This document shows positions 25,005 through 38,410 of a stretch of DNA of 64,000 nucleotides, piece by piece; position 1 is the stretch's first letter, and each line of letters starts with the position of its first letter. This stretch comes from Moniliella sp. 'wahieum' (lineage: Eukaryota). A program made the position numbers and the translations under genes. The notes beneath the pieces were generated by a model. That model had not been told where the DNA came from and ran no database searches. It saw only the letters and a program-made list of their open reading frames with translations. The stretch lies in contig RSEE01000013.1 in NCBI GenBank assembly GCA_003971905.1, forward strand, positions 62,001-126,000, read 5' to 3'.

Positions 25005-28000
25005 CTAACTGGGTCGCGTGGAGACGAAACTGCTGGCAGGAACTGCAGCGGGAAAAGGCGCTACGGCATGGGGTAGAGGCGTTAGGTGGGGGACGCCGAG
25101 GCCATCCAACATACCGACATACCGTGGCCGCCGAGCAGAGAAGCAGAAGAGGATGGCAAGATATCTTAAACTTGGTATTCACATGGACAAGCCACTGCAG
25201 TCTTCCTTTCCAGACAAGGGAAGATACGGGGCAGCAGGGGGGGCGGGGAAAAGGGCAGGCTCAAGTCAAGGGGAAAGGGACAAGGCAAGAGTGCGGAAAG
25301 GGGGGGTATGGCAGCCACACTTCAAAATCACCCCTATACGAAAGCAGGGGAGATCAGAAGGGGAAGAGAGGGGGGGTCACAGCATGAAGGTGGCGGGATA
25401 TGGGAAGGCCGCCACAGGAGATAAGGGTATACGCAAAAAGTGCGACGAGGAACGAGTCCCGGTGAGGGGACCGCGACGAGCGGGGCCACGGGGTAAAGGG
25501 GAGGGACGGAGGCGGGGTGGTACATGTTACCCGTCGCCCGAGATGGAGGAGGCGAGAGGAAAGCGAACTGGTGCTTCCACTAATGCTGACGCTGGACATG
25601 CTAGGTCTCGGTGCCGAGTCGGGGAGAGTGTCTGAATTGGTGGTTCGGCCAGGCGGATGGGCGGTGGGCAGGCCGCTGTGGGGCTTGGAAGGCGAAGGAA
25701 GGGAGGGCCGTGCGCATCGGCCTCGGCATCGGCACGAAGGCCCATCCGGCGCCCGACACGCTTGAGTTTGGTCCGCAAGTTGCGTTCGCCGCTGGAAGCC
25801 GAGGCACTGTAGGACGAAAAGGTTTCGCTCGTAGCGGGGGTGGATGCGGATGCGTCGGGGGAAGAAACATGGAAAGAAACATGGGAGGAAACATGGGACG
25901 AAAGGTGGGAAGAAAGGTGGCTGGTACCAGGCCGAGCGGCACCAGATCGGGCGGGCGAGCGAGAGGCGTGGCCTGGTGCGGATCCGGAGCACTCTGATCA
26001 ATCCGGGTTCGGGGTGGTCCACGGGGGGGAAAGGTGAGTTGGGCACGGAGGACATGGAGGACAGGCGGGGGAAGCAAGTCGGTAGCCGACTCGGTCACGG
26101 GGCGTAAAGGCGAGCGGGGCAGGAAGCTCTCGTTGTGGACGAGCGTGGTGCAGCCGCGTGCCCCATGAAGTGGTCCATGCGGTGGAGCCAGACCGATCGG
26201 TTGGACCGAGCGGGATGGGAATCGCATCGGTGTGCGTCGCATCGTCCGGCCCGTGGGGGCCTGACGCGGGGAGCGGAGGAGGAGGGAAGGTGGGAGTGAG
26301 CGAGGACCGATGGGCGTGGAAGCCTCGGCTCTGCAAGGAGAATTCCGAGCCGCGGCGACTGGGCGCGTGGGGGTAAGGTTTTTTGAGCGCGATGACGGTG
26401 CGCAAGGCATGTACTTGAAGGGAAGACAGTCGGCTAGAGCCGCGGCTTGGTACACGCCTTGGGCCATCGCAAGCCGCGTCTCGTTCGTGAGAGCGGGTTG
26501 GAACGGCTGCAGGGCAGGCTCATCCACAACAGCACTTGTTTCTTCCTCCCAGGAAGAGGGGCCAAGTCGACCGCCAAAGCATGGTGGGAGGGCATGCGTG
26601 CACCACGTTACCAACTGCGAATGTCGTACACGTACGCCATACACAACAAGGCAGAGGCGATTCGCGGGTGGCGTTGCAGCGGTGTCGCGAGCGTTTGGGT
26701 GTACAAGTACAAAAGCAGGGCAAATACCACCTCGGGTGGCTCATGCACACTCAGGCTCCGAGGTGTCACCCGCACATCCGACTTTCCTAATCGCAACACC
26801 ATGATCTCCTCTTCCTCCGTTGCCGAGGTGCGAGCGAGATGCAGCGCACGTCCGCGGTACGTACGCATGGCGTGACGGAACCAGGTCCACCGACGCTCCA
26901 GCACCGCCCGAGACGCACTCAGCTTGGTTCCATCCAAACACACAATCTCAAAATCGCCTTGCTCCCCAAGCACACGGAGGGAGAAGGGCTCGGGGGATCG
27001 GTTTTGCTCGAGGACAAGGGCACACTGGGACCCGAAAGGAAGAACACAGCGTGTCCATACCGAGTTGCACACTGAATGTGCTAAATGCCTTAGTGGCGGT
27101 TGGTAAATGCCCCAGGCGCTTAAGCTCAATGCAGCCAACTGGTTACTGTTGATTTGGCGAACATAGTAATCCTCGGCCAAACTACGCTGGCGATCACCGA
27201 GGATGAGCAGGCGGTTGCGCAAGGGATGTAGAATTGCCTTGTTCCACGACCCTCCCCCATGAGCACGCCTCCGTCCAACCGGGTCCAACACAACGTCGGG
27301 AGATGGAGAGCCCAAATAGCATGAGCTTGAGCAGCGCTGGTAAGATGCGTTCCGGAAACGATGAGGTGTTCGCCTACCACGTACCCAGCTGGGAAGCGCA
27401 GTCCCGGTGGAAGGGCGCTGCTGACCACTGGAGGTGGAGGTGTGGTGAGGAGGCATGGACCGTCCTTGAACCATTCGCTGGCTCACATCCTCAACGTGGA
27501 GATGCGGGGCGACGTCGCCCGGATCAAGTTGGTAGTGAAAAATTTGGAGCACGCGCTGAACGTTGGCGAAACGCGAGTTGGAGTACACGTAAATGGGAGC
27601 CAGGCGCTTGGCGCTCGAAAAGGACACACTGGTGGGAAGCGGATGAACCTCCGTAGCAGGCTCAGTAGAGGGAGGGGCAGTCCAGGTTGCTGCAACTTTT
27701 CCAGCATTTGAAGCGACGATTGCAGACGCTTTGTACCCGCCGAAGCAAATGACGGGGTAGTTTGACTAAAAGGGGAAGAAGGGGAATGATTGGACCATGG
27801 GGAACGGAAATGTGACCAGCCATGTTGAGGGTCGGATTGGCCGCCTGGACCAGAAACGGTTAACCAGCATGGCAATTCTCGGGAAGGCACTTGCAGAGGT
27901 TCCTCTTCCTCGGAACCCACTTTCCCTTGTGATGCAGCAGAGACCCACCTCGTGTCCTTTCCCATCCACCACCATCCAGGGGGGGTAGCCGCGAGAGAGC

Positions 28001-29453
28001 GGTACGATCCTAGCTTGCCCTTGATCGGATCGTGCGGAGCCAGCGGGCAGCCCGTAAGCTGTAGACATTGGCGTCCTGAATGTACTCGTTCTGGCGTCCT
28101 GCCCACCGATCATAACAAGGTAGTCACCTGTGACAGCAGAGAGATGGGCGTAGCGAGCTTTGGGACACCGAAAAGCGGTAGGGGATACCGAGTTGGGGTC
28201 AGATTGGGGACGATCAAAGGTCAAATCCACCTTTGGGTGCGGAGATTGTAGGCGATCACCTCAGAGAGGGCAACCAGTCCATCGGTGTTGAGCCCGTGGA
28301 CGCCATAGAGGGGCGAGGGGTCACATCAGGGTCGACCGCCTCGCTGGCACGCGGGGTGCGCATGGTGACGGTGTCGGATGATTCGCGCTCGCCGTCGGGA
28401 CCATGGAGCAAGGCCATGCCACCAGAGATAAACCAAGCGCCCGTCCCACAAGTTGGCACCATGAAAGTACCGCGCCTGGGGCCAGATACAAGGGGATGCC
28501 TCCAACTCGTCGTGGGGCTCTTGCTCTCCAGTTTTGGAAGCGGTTTGGATAATGGCATCCGAATCCGGTCCCAGAAAGGTCCACACCCGGGTTTCAAGGT
28601 TGAGAACGTAGAGGGAAGCTTAATCGTCGGTCCGTCAGGCGGCCGCCAAAAACATAGAGGCAGGCCTCGCCTTGATCCGACGTGCCCGGACCAGAATCAA
28701 CAAGCGTTGCGGATGCTCCCTGAAAAGGCCAAGGGGGGAGGTTAGGATTCAGCGTAGGTGAAAGGGAGAGGCTACGCACGATCAGAGGGGGCGGGATGTG
28801 CCCACTAGTGTCAAGCAAAGAAGACGATGTGTCGGCGAGAGAGGGCATGTAGCCACGGTGATCAGAGGCGAGTGGTGGGACAGACGGGACAGATGGGGAT
28901 GAAGGGCCGCTAAGCACGTCCGACAGCGATGCCCGGGAGGTGGGGGAGATGGATGGTTCGGTGAATGAGTTGCTGGCATGCGTGTGCTCGGCTGTGGGGG
29001 CTGCAGGATAGTGTTGATGGCTGGAGTAGATCAAGGAGCGGCCAGATCGGAGGAGGGATGCGCCTTGGCCTGGGCTGAGGGCGCGAACCGAAGCGAAGTG
29101 GCGTCATCATCGGCTGAGGCCCCAGACAGAGGCAAGGGACCAGAAGCAGGAGGGGGGTATGGGGCAGGATGGTTAATCAGGGTGGTGGGGCTGGAGCTCT
29201 TGACAGCGCGAGCAACGCCGCCGCGGCCGGTGGGGCGAGAGGAGGGGGAGCCGGCTGGATCTGGCGTCGAGAGGGAGAGTCGAGGACGACGGGTTCTTGG
29301 TCGGGGTACAGGGGCAAGATGGTGGGGGTGGCCGCTGCGTTGGTGGTGGTGGCGGGGGGGGCGGTGGTAGCGGGGGGAAGGGGATGGAGGACGAGGGAGT
29401 CAGAAGTGGCGGGGGCGCGGGCCGCTGGTGGCGCGTGTGCGGAGGCGAAACAT
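25005..29453 (-). CDS. kelch-repeat + BTB domain protein (Mds3/Pmd1-like)
   Basis: Fragments PPPLI/GASATLV, LYVFGGRL, RYFHGANLW, PKARYAHLSAVTGDYLVMIGGQD, LPPGLRFP and SWNKA...EDYYVRQ, and BTB-like DFEIVCLDGTKLSASRAVLERRWTWF...LLLYLYT. Many frameshifts; both ends are uncertain. Confidence 0.8.
25864..25920 (-). repeat. 12-bp coding minisatellite (about 5 units)
   Basis: Plus strand GAAACATGGAAA/GAAACATGGGAG/GAAACATGGGAC/GAAAGGTGGGAA/GAAAGGTGG; reads SHLSSHLSSHVSSHVSFHVSS on the minus strand in the tail of the kelch-BTB gene. Confidence 0.75.
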
Positions 29454-30334
29454 GGAGGAGGGGGAGGTGGCGGCCGCGGGCCAGGGCGGGAAATGGCGAC
29501 GGCGCGGAGGGGAAGGGGGATGGGCAGGACCTGGGAGACAGGTGGGAGGTGGGAGTGGGAGTGGGCAGCAGGCTGCTATGGGCTGGCGTAGTACACTCTC
29601 TGCCTTGGACACTCTGTCCAGCCGCTGTACTCAAAGCACCCGGAGAGAATGGAACGCCTGGGGGCAGTCTGATCCCTGCGACGCAGTGCTCGGTGGGCTG
29701 CATGGGATGGATGATGGATTTAATGAGTGCTCTGCGCTGGCGCCGCCGCACGACGGCTGTGGGGGTTCTGCTGTGACATGTGGCATGCGACGTGTGCTCT
29801 GCGCTGCCCGTGGCGCCGCTGCAGCTGCCGCGGCTCACGCGCTGAGCCCAAGCGTCCGACTCGACATGCAGCAGCGCAGCAGCCCAGCGCTGAGCCTGCC
29901 CATCAGTCTGAGATCCCGGCGTGATCACCCATCATCCACCCATCGCTCACCCATGTCCCAGCACTGCAGCACTGCTCCCCTGCCCCGTCGGACGACCTCG
30001 CACCACACCACACCCCTGCGCCTCTGCCCCTGCCTCGCCCTGCTGCGCCACCTCGGCCCTTGCCTGCCCCTGGCTGTTTCTCCTCTCGTTGCTCGTCGCC
30101 CATGCATCATGCACCAGGCCGTAGGTGGGAGCAGGCACTAGCTTCCTGTGGCAGCGTTGGCCCTGCATCCGTGTCGGCTTACTTGCACAAGACCCTGGCG
30201 GCCAACGCCACGCTGCGGTAGCCCCTTGGGTGCTGGGCTTGAATTGGGTCGATGTGGGATCTGAAATCAACTGGTTATTCGGCCCCCATTGGCCATGGCC
30301 TTTGAGGCCACCATCTCTCGCGTATGTGGCAGCC

Positions 30335-31809
30335 TCAGCGCTGGGGCTCAGCGCTCAGCCCCGCTAGCCCCGCTAGCCCCGCTCCGGTCTCACCCCTCCT
30401 TATCCATTGATCCCAGCTGGTCATTATAGTCCTGCACATTGGGCCTCTGCTGGAAAACAAGACACCGGCGGCACGGTTGTGCGTCTCCATCAGTGCATCA
30501 GTGCTGATCACAACATTCGGCACGCCCTCGTCCTCCTTGTCATCCGCGCCATCACTCTCACTCGGCAGCAACACTCTCCACAACTCGAGGGGACTTGCTC
30601 CCCTTTCACGCCGCCTCAGCTACGAGATGGTCATTTGCCAACCCGCAGAAACAAGTGGGCATGTACGAGACGAGACCCGCGTCGGCGGTCCGGACAACAC
30701 AGCGAAAACAATGCTAGCCCCCCCCCCCCCCGTGTGGAAGCTTTGAAGCACTGCTTGGAGTGGACGAGAGTTGACTCAAGACGTCAATGATGAAGTGTGT
30801 GCTTGGTCTGCTCCAATTGTTGGTGCAATCGAAGCCGCCACCACACGGCGAGGTCTCAGCAGAGAGGGAGAAAGACTCTACTATATCCCTCGTCCCCCCG
30901 CCATGTAATGATCCTGGTTACCTAGCGATGTCCGAAGTGCAGTTTTGCAGTGGTCGAAAGAGGACAGGAGCTGGGTTGAACGTTGAACCCAGACGGAGGA
31001 TCAGGAGAAGAAGGAGAAGAAGAAAAAGGAGAAAAGGAGAAGAAGGAAGAGTGGCACATGGCCAGAGGAAAGGGATACTGGCGTGGCGCCCGGATGGGTA
31101 AGATGGTCACAGGATGACCTTGGAGGTGGCTGACCCATAGGACCCTGGTCAACACAATGCAAAAGATCAATGCTCCCCGAGAAAAGTGGGTGTAGCAACA
31201 ACGGATGGCGTCGAGTCGTTGAGGTCCTCTCTGAAAAACGGAATAGCGCCATGTTGTGGTGACGGTGGTGGTTGAGGTCTGAGATCTTCATCAGTTCCCA
31301 GAGACCAACACACGGGGAACAGACCGGGGTTGAGACAAAAGCCCGTTTGTATACAAACAAAAGTCTGCATTTATGCACACACGCCTAGATCGGGCATCAC
31401 AGAAGCCGACGTGTGGCAAGGCTGCGTATGCACCGCGGCTTGGGTCGTAGTAACGTGTTTGAAGCCTGCGGGGCTTAGAGACGGGTAGAGGCAGTGGAGG
31501 ACAAATACTGCCTGCGTCGAGGCTGGGCAGGGATGGCTGTCGACGTGGCTGGAAAGGAACCCACGCAATATGCTGTGGTACGGGGATTCGACGCGGCTGA
31601 AGGAAGGCTCGTGCGGCTGGGCGGATGGGAGCTGGAGGACGAGGTTGGAAGATGATAAGGAGGCAGCTAAGCGGAGACGAGAGGTTGCATTGAATCGATT
31701 GGCTGGAAACGGTCAGGAGTTTTGGACAGGAAAGGCGGGAAGGGACGAGAATGGAAGGTGGGAAAGGATCCCCATTGATCAAGGATGCTGACTGTGGGCT
31801 GACCATTTT
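30335..31809 (-). CDS. hypothetical protein or gene remnant
   Basis: Chain of same-strand ORFs (31291-31941, 31001-31378, 30335-30583) with protein-like composition; no motif recognised. Confidence 0.3.
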
Positions 31810-33645
31810 TGGTAGCCCCCTCCTGTCTAAGCCCCATCGCACTGGTATATATGTTGACAGAGCGAAGCAGACGAAGCACGCGAAGGCTGCGAAGGCGCTA
31901 AGAATATCATCCGATAGCACTTCCTCGTATAGTAATGTCACACAGGTCGGAAGTGACCTTGCTGCCCCACAGCGCTGGGGGTGCTGCGGTCTTCAGCGTA
32001 CAACGCCAGCAAATCTCACCAGCGGTTCGGTGTGGTCAAACCAGCTAATCTCCAGCGGTTGGGAGTGGTCGAAGAGAGTACCGGACCCACCATAGGATGG
32101 CCAGCTCGCACGCCGGAAGGGGTGGGTGGGGGGAACTAGAAGTCATGGAACGCCTGCTCCCACTCCAGCCCCGCTCGAAGATTGGTTGCTACTTGAGGTC
32201 GAAGAGGTTATTCGGAAGCGTGTGGCGCAGGCGGCACGTGACGCGTGACGTGAATAGGAAGGGGGGATAGGTGAAGCTGTGGTGCGTGGCGTTATGAAAT
32301 TTGAAGGATCATCGATCAAGCTTCAACTGACGCGTGGTGTACACTGCATGGTGCTTGAAGCTTGAAGCTTGAAGCTTGATCGATGATCGATGACGCGATG
32401 ACGTGTGCATGTGAGCGCCTGAGCCTGAGCCGCGTTGAGGTGATGCGTGATACATGATGCACAGGCCTTCTCGTACTCACCAGTTACTAGTTACTCACCA
32501 AGCGTACAGGGCGCTGACAGCGCTGACAGGCGGTGAGGCATGGGTGTCGATGACATGTTGACAAGGCGCTGGCCCAGGAGGGTGCACGTTGCAGTCGACG
32601 GAAGCGACGAGGGCGCTGCCCGCGTTTTGGGCGGTCTGGCTGGGGTGGCCTGGGGTGGCCGCGTGTGGCTGGCGGCCAGAAGAGAACGACGCCGTGCTCA
32701 GCCTGAGCTATGTATGCGAGACTCATACTACCGCCCACAAGGCCAGTCGCTAGCCCCCAGTCAGCGCTCAGCGCCTTTGTGCAATTGCTTGCAAGAACGC
32801 GATGCATGACCATGCACGCATGACGCGGTTTTGATTGGATTTGCACTTTCTTTTCTTCTTATCGACTATCGATTATCGCCCTTTTGGCCAAGCCAGGCCA
32901 GCCGCGCATGCTCAAGCGGACGCCGTGTTCGGCCGCGCGGGGCGCGGAGCCTCAGCACGGACAGTCACCGGTGCAAATGAACAGAGCCAGTGGTCTGTAC
33001 CATGCACAAGAAAGAAGGCCGCTGGAGCGCGCTGACTTGTGTGTTGGCCTACATCGAGTGGACGAGCCAGGTGCCGGATGGGCCGTGCTGTTTCTTGCTT
33101 TGCCCGCTTTTCGCCGGGGCGTAGCGAGGAGTGAGAAGTGGCATAGTGATAAGGCAAAGCACCCCCATACCCGGCCCTCTTGCATTCGCGGGACACCATG
33201 AAGCATGGCTCTGCTTCAATCAGAGCCGCTCCTACTAGGTAGCTCCTCGAATTGAAGCTTGAGGCTCGAGAAATCGTACGCACTTACTTCAAAGGGCGAA
33301 TGAAACTTCAGAACATGGCCCACAGGCCTCGGGCCCATAGTTCATTTTGGGGGAGCACGGCGCCAGTGCTGGGCCAGTGTAGTTCGCAGGAAGCACTGGG
33401 CCAGTGTATGCGCCGTGTCAGTTTCGCCCCGAGCAGAGCGGAGCACGGACGGAGAGATTGGCGAGAAAGCCAGAGGCCACAGAACGACAGAGTGTACTCC
33501 CAGGCCGCCTCACCCCCCCCCCGAGTGTATAAGAAGGCTGGGCCGACACTTATCTCTTCGCCATGTCAAGCGTCCGCACCGCCCTTCTTCGCTCGACGAT
33601 CCGTGCTGTGCCTGTTCCCCCCGTGTCCTGCCTGCTGCACGTGCC

Positions 33646-35077
33646 ATGTCTCAACTTTCTGCCGCTGCAACCTTTGGCGATGAGCACCTCACCTCTGCCA
33701 TCAGCCGCCTGAGCAAACACGTGTTTGTGTCGGGCAAGGGTTCTTGGGTCACCACTGACCAGGGCAAGGAGCTTCTCGATCTTACCTCGGGCATTGGCGT
33801 GACCAACCTTGGCCACTGCCACCCCAAGGTGACCGCTGCGGCCGTCAAGCAGGTCCAGTCCATTGTGCATGCCCAAGTGAGCATTGCTTACTCGGAGGCG
33901 CAGATCAATGCGACCAAGAAGATCCTCGGTGTTCTCCCCACCCTTCTCTCGAAACATCTTCTTCTGGAACTCGGGATCGGAAGCGGTTGAAGCTGCTGTC
34001 AAGCTCGCTCGCCTGGCGACCAACCGACAGAACATCATTGTTATGCAGGGATCTTACCATGGCCGCACCCAGGGTGCTATGGCGATGACCACCTCCAAGA
34101 CGGTGTACCGCGCCGGTACGCTGCCCAACATGGTACGTATTTCACGCTCTGCCGTTCGTGGTTGCGTTGCCTTGGGCTAACCCCGTTTTCTAGCCTGGTG
34201 TGTTCACGACGCCCTACCCCTACTACTCGCAGCTGGGTGTGACGCCCGACACGGATGAGGAGACGATGAGCACCATGTGCCTGCACAGCTTGCGTCTGTT
34301 GCTGAAGCAGCAGACCGCACCCAAAGATACTGCCGCCATTGTGGTGGAAGGTGGTTGGGCGAGGGCGGGTACGTTGCGACGCCCACGCCCTTCCTCAAGG
34401 GCCTGCGCAAGATCTGCGACGAGCATGGCATTCTTCTTGTGGTGGACGAGGTCCAGTCGGGCTTTGGACGCACGGGGAAGATGTTTGCGGTGGAGTACTC
34501 AGGGGTGCGCCCGGATGTGCTGATCAGTGCCAAGGGCTTGGCCAATGGGTTCCCTCTCTCGATGATTGTCGCGTCCAAGGAGCTGATGGACAAGCAGCCT
34601 GTCGGCTCGGCCGGCGGCACGTACGCTGGTAACGCTGTTGCCTGCGCGGCGGCCGAGGCGGTTGTGGATGCGTTCCAGGAGGAGAAGGTGCTGGACAATG
34701 TCAATGCGCGCAGCAAGGAACTGTTTGACTTCCTCTTTGCGCTCAAGAACAGTGGTACCAAGGCTGGCAGTCTGATCCAGGACATTCGTGGCCAAGGTCT
34801 TATGGTTGGCCTCCAGTTCTTGCTGCCCAAGACGGCGCTGTGGCGCCCAAGGCGGCTCCTGGCCAACTCGTTCCTTTCGAGGTGGAGCCTACAGGCAAGG
34901 CGCAACTCGCTCCTCAGATTAGCAAGGAGTGTCTTGCGCGCGGGTGCTCTTGCTCTCCACCTCCACCCAGGATACCATCCGTTTCATCCCCCGCTCACCA
35001 TCTCGAAGGAGGAGCTGGCTAAGGGCCTCCAAGTCTTCAAGGAGTCTCTCGAGGCTGTTGTGGCCAAGCTTCCATGA
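33646..35077 (+). CDS. class III PLP aminotransferase (GabT / acetylornithine aminotransferase-like)
   Basis: LDLTSGIGVTNLGHCHPKV, NSGSEAVEAAVK, SYHGRT, DEVQSGFGRTG, PLP lysine SAKGLANGFP, GGTYAGN and DIRGQGLM. Intron 34133-34193. Confidence 0.93.
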
Positions 35078-35352
35078 GCGCAGTCCCAAGAGTTAGGAGA
35101 CCACCAGCTGCCTCAAAGTTGATTTTGTACATTCCCACACCACATTAAAACTACCCTCAGTAGATCGTTTGAACCTTGGCTAATACGTAGCGAAGCAAAA
35201 GAGAGGATCGCTCTAGTGGGCTGTCTAGCCTAGCCGACTGACGCGCAGCCGTTACCGAATCATTCGCAGGGAAACGCAATCCAGCCGACGATGGTACAAA
35301 ACAGAAATGGGGCTGTCGAGGTATATCGGTTTAGGCGTAGCGTTTCCCTGTC

Positions 35353-35413
35353 CCAGCCGTAAGCTCTGTCAATGATATGGATACACCAGCTTAAGCTCTG
35401 TCAATGAAATGGA
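35353..35413 (+). repeat. imperfect tandem duplication, about 33-bp period
   Basis: CCAGCCGTAAGCTCTGTCAATGATATGGA followed by CCAGCTTAAGCTCTGTCAATGAAATGGA. Confidence 0.8.
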
Positions 35414-36205
35414 CGCGGTATAGAAGTGCAAAAGTACATAAAACCTCACGCGTTAAAAACAAGTACACGCAGTTTTACCCCACAAACGTAAGGCCAGAAG
35501 TTGCAACAGAGGGCAACCCGACAACGCGTGGGCATGGCCCGATTGGGACCACGGCCTGTGCGTTCTGGATCTACTTGGCGCAATGGAGTCGGCCCTAGTC
35601 CTCACATCATTTGATCTTCAAGCTGGTTAGGCTAGTCAAGTGAGGCCGGCCAGGCAATGCATTACTACTCGTTTATTCTACTGTTTGGATTCGTGTGTCT
35701 TAAAAAACGAGAAGCGAGTAGCTCTCAGTGGCCCCCCACGGTTCTTACAGTACGCCTGCTGACACCGGTCAATGGTCACTTTGAGCAAGGACCATTTTAT
35801 CTGTACGATGAGTAGCCCTTAGCACCATCGACCGTGATCCATCAACCAACGCCAGATCGCAGTGCAGGTGCCAGCCAGCATCATCTCCGCTTACCCCACA
35901 GATCCCCCATCCATACGGCCTCCCGTACTCCTCACATGCCACAGTGGCATGGCAAACTACTTCTCGCGATCAGTGCACTGAACACTCCCGAATAGACGCG
36001 CGTAAAGGAATACATTACGGCACAATTGGGTCCGTTCGCGACCCGCCGGAGAGGTTGAGAAAAGGGTTCGTAGCCAATCAAGTCGTAAGGGAGCCAAGTG
36101 ATGCAATTTAGTTGTTGGCAAACATTGAGGAGAGAGAGCGAGAGATTAGATTCCAGCATCTGTCGCCGACACTTCGGCGCAGGGGAGAGGGTTGGTATTA
36201 CAACG

Positions 36206-37918
36206 CTAGACACTGTACCGGAATCAGGGTTGGACCGATCGGTCAAGTTGAGGACTCGTGGTTTTTAGTTGGTGGCGTGTATGTGCCGTTGGCAATCGCT
36301 TCCTCCTTGGCCCGGTCGCGTTTGCGGTTCCCGGACAAAGAGGTACCACATCAGTGCAAAGTCCAGAGCACAGATGAAATAGATGATGGCAATGGCGATC
36401 TTGGCAGGCAGGTAACGGGGAGCCGTGTTGTGTGTCATGATCTGAGGCGAGATGATGTTCTGGGTAGACGTGGGGAGATGCAAATTAAGATGTGAGATGA
36501 AAAGTTAGTCAATCGGTCGACAGGAAAAGAACAGAGAAGCCACACGTACGCCGATGGTGTAGGCCACAGTCTGGATGGCTGAAACCGTAATTTCTTACTC
36601 GCTCCTCCAACGTTGGACGAGGTAAGTCCCAAGATGGGACCCATCCCAGAGGAATGGAACCCGTAGGAAAAATCCAATCAGTGCTGGCACTTTGCCCGTC
36701 GTGGCCATCATGACCGCCCCTGCAAAGCCAGGAATGTGACCGACAATGCACCAGAAAACCGCTTGTTTGTCCTGACCCGAGCCAGCTGAGCCCAATCAGC
36801 ACAACCACTTCTACTGCGCCCAGCGGTGTCACGAGAATCAACGACTGGTTCGCTGTATCCGAGGCCCATGACAAGCGTGGTGCCAAACGAGGTGGCAAGA
36901 GAGTTGGGGATGTTGGCGGCAAACGTCCAAAACGAATAGGTCCACGTGAACGGATCCCGAAGCGCTTCGCGGCACTGAGCCCAGTCAAAGTGCCGGGATC
37001 CAATCCCTTGTTCGTTGCTGCGCAGGCGCTCAATGTGAATCGCCTTCTCCCGGTCGGTGAGGAACCAAGCATCGGCGGGCGAGTTGGGTAGCAGCATGTA
37101 AAACATAACCCCAAACAAGGCTGCCATAATACCAAACACGATAAAGCAAATCTGCCAACCGCGAAGGGTTGCGTGCGGGTCCGATCCCACATGGGTTGCA
37201 ATCCCATACGCAATCGCACCCCCCAAGATCTGGGATAGACCACAGGTAGCGAACCAAAGGCCAACACGGAACGCCTGCTCACGACGAGTGTACCATTGGC
37301 TGGTATACACCACCCATGCAGGCACCACTGTAGCTTCCGTGAGGCCAAGGAAGAAACGTGCGGCAAGCAAGCCACCATAGGACTTGACTCCCGCTTGTGC
37401 CGCCACAATCACGCCCCAAAGGATCACATTGATGAGACGTATGGCCGAAGCGGAAAGTATTGCATCAGACGGATGGTGGGGAACTCACCCACAGCTTGTC
37501 CAACAAAGAAGAGTGTGGCCACCACGTTAAAGTGGTCTCCCACCGCCAAACTGGGAATGGACTTTTTGATCCCCAGCGCAGCGGCGTACGAGATGGAGCT
37601 CTTATCCAAGTACTGGGTAAAGTAGATGATCAGCAACATGGGAAGCACATGTAAATCCACTTTGCGCACAAGCCGGCGCTTTTCTTCGGCCGTCACTTCC
37701 CCCAGCGGACCGACGCGGGCGAGGACTTGGAGCGCGTCATCTGCATGAGAGTTGATAGACTCTTCAGATTCAGTCGCGACTGGCGCGCTGCCGTCGTACT
37801 TCAAGTCATTAGCCTCTTCGCTGTGGTTGTCAACCAAGCTGTGCGGCAAGTCTGGCACCCCGGCTGCTGCACCTTCAACGTCAATCTTCTCCTTTTCAGA
37901 GGGAGGCGAAGCGGCCAT
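36206..37918 (-). CDS. MFS transporter, allantoate permease (DAL5-like, anion:cation symporter family)
   Basis: RLVRKVDLHVLP, QYLDKSSISYA, ARFFLGLTEA, QWYTRREQAFR, LPNSPADAWFLT, IISPQ...APRY and C-terminal TDRSNPxFRY. Intron at about 36455-36535; frameshifts present. Confidence 0.92.
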
Positions 37919-38137
37919 TCTTTTCTGCGAATGGTGCGCGGCGGGGGGGGGATATGGTGGTCGCTGGAGAGGTGGTATACAGGACAGGGAAATATATATA
38001 TGCAACTTTTTCTGGACCTGTTCAAACGATGTGCCAATGTGACATGCGCAAATGTTGGATTGACGTGCTCGGCATGCTCTCAATGTGGGGGGAGTCTTGG
38101 CGGCAGATTTTTTTAGCCGCCAATTCGAGCACTACCA

Positions 38138-38410
38138 AGGGATCTAATCGATCTAATCCAAGATCCTCGATCCACACCCTTCCATGCCCCGCAAGCCTGA
38201 GACCCTGAGACGCCACTGCTTTACTGCCTCTCAGATCTCATGCATCACGACCCAGATGCCGGCTGGTCAGGTACTGGGGGCTGTGACTCCGTACTCGGTG
38301 GCTGAGGGAGGACTCACAGATACTCAGGTTGAGAGTACACTTGAGTACCTTGAGTAGCCAGACGGTGTACCGACAACCGGTGTGGCTCAGGCACACGCAT
38401 ATGGGCAAAG
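38138..38410 (-). repeat. upstream segment of the MFS gene, source copy of the inverted repeat at 45910-46195
   Basis: Its reverse complement aligns with 45910-46195 (e.g. GGCATGGAAGGGTGTGGATCGAGGA, CTGAGTATCTGTGAGTCC), with many substitutions and short indels. Confidence 0.9.
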
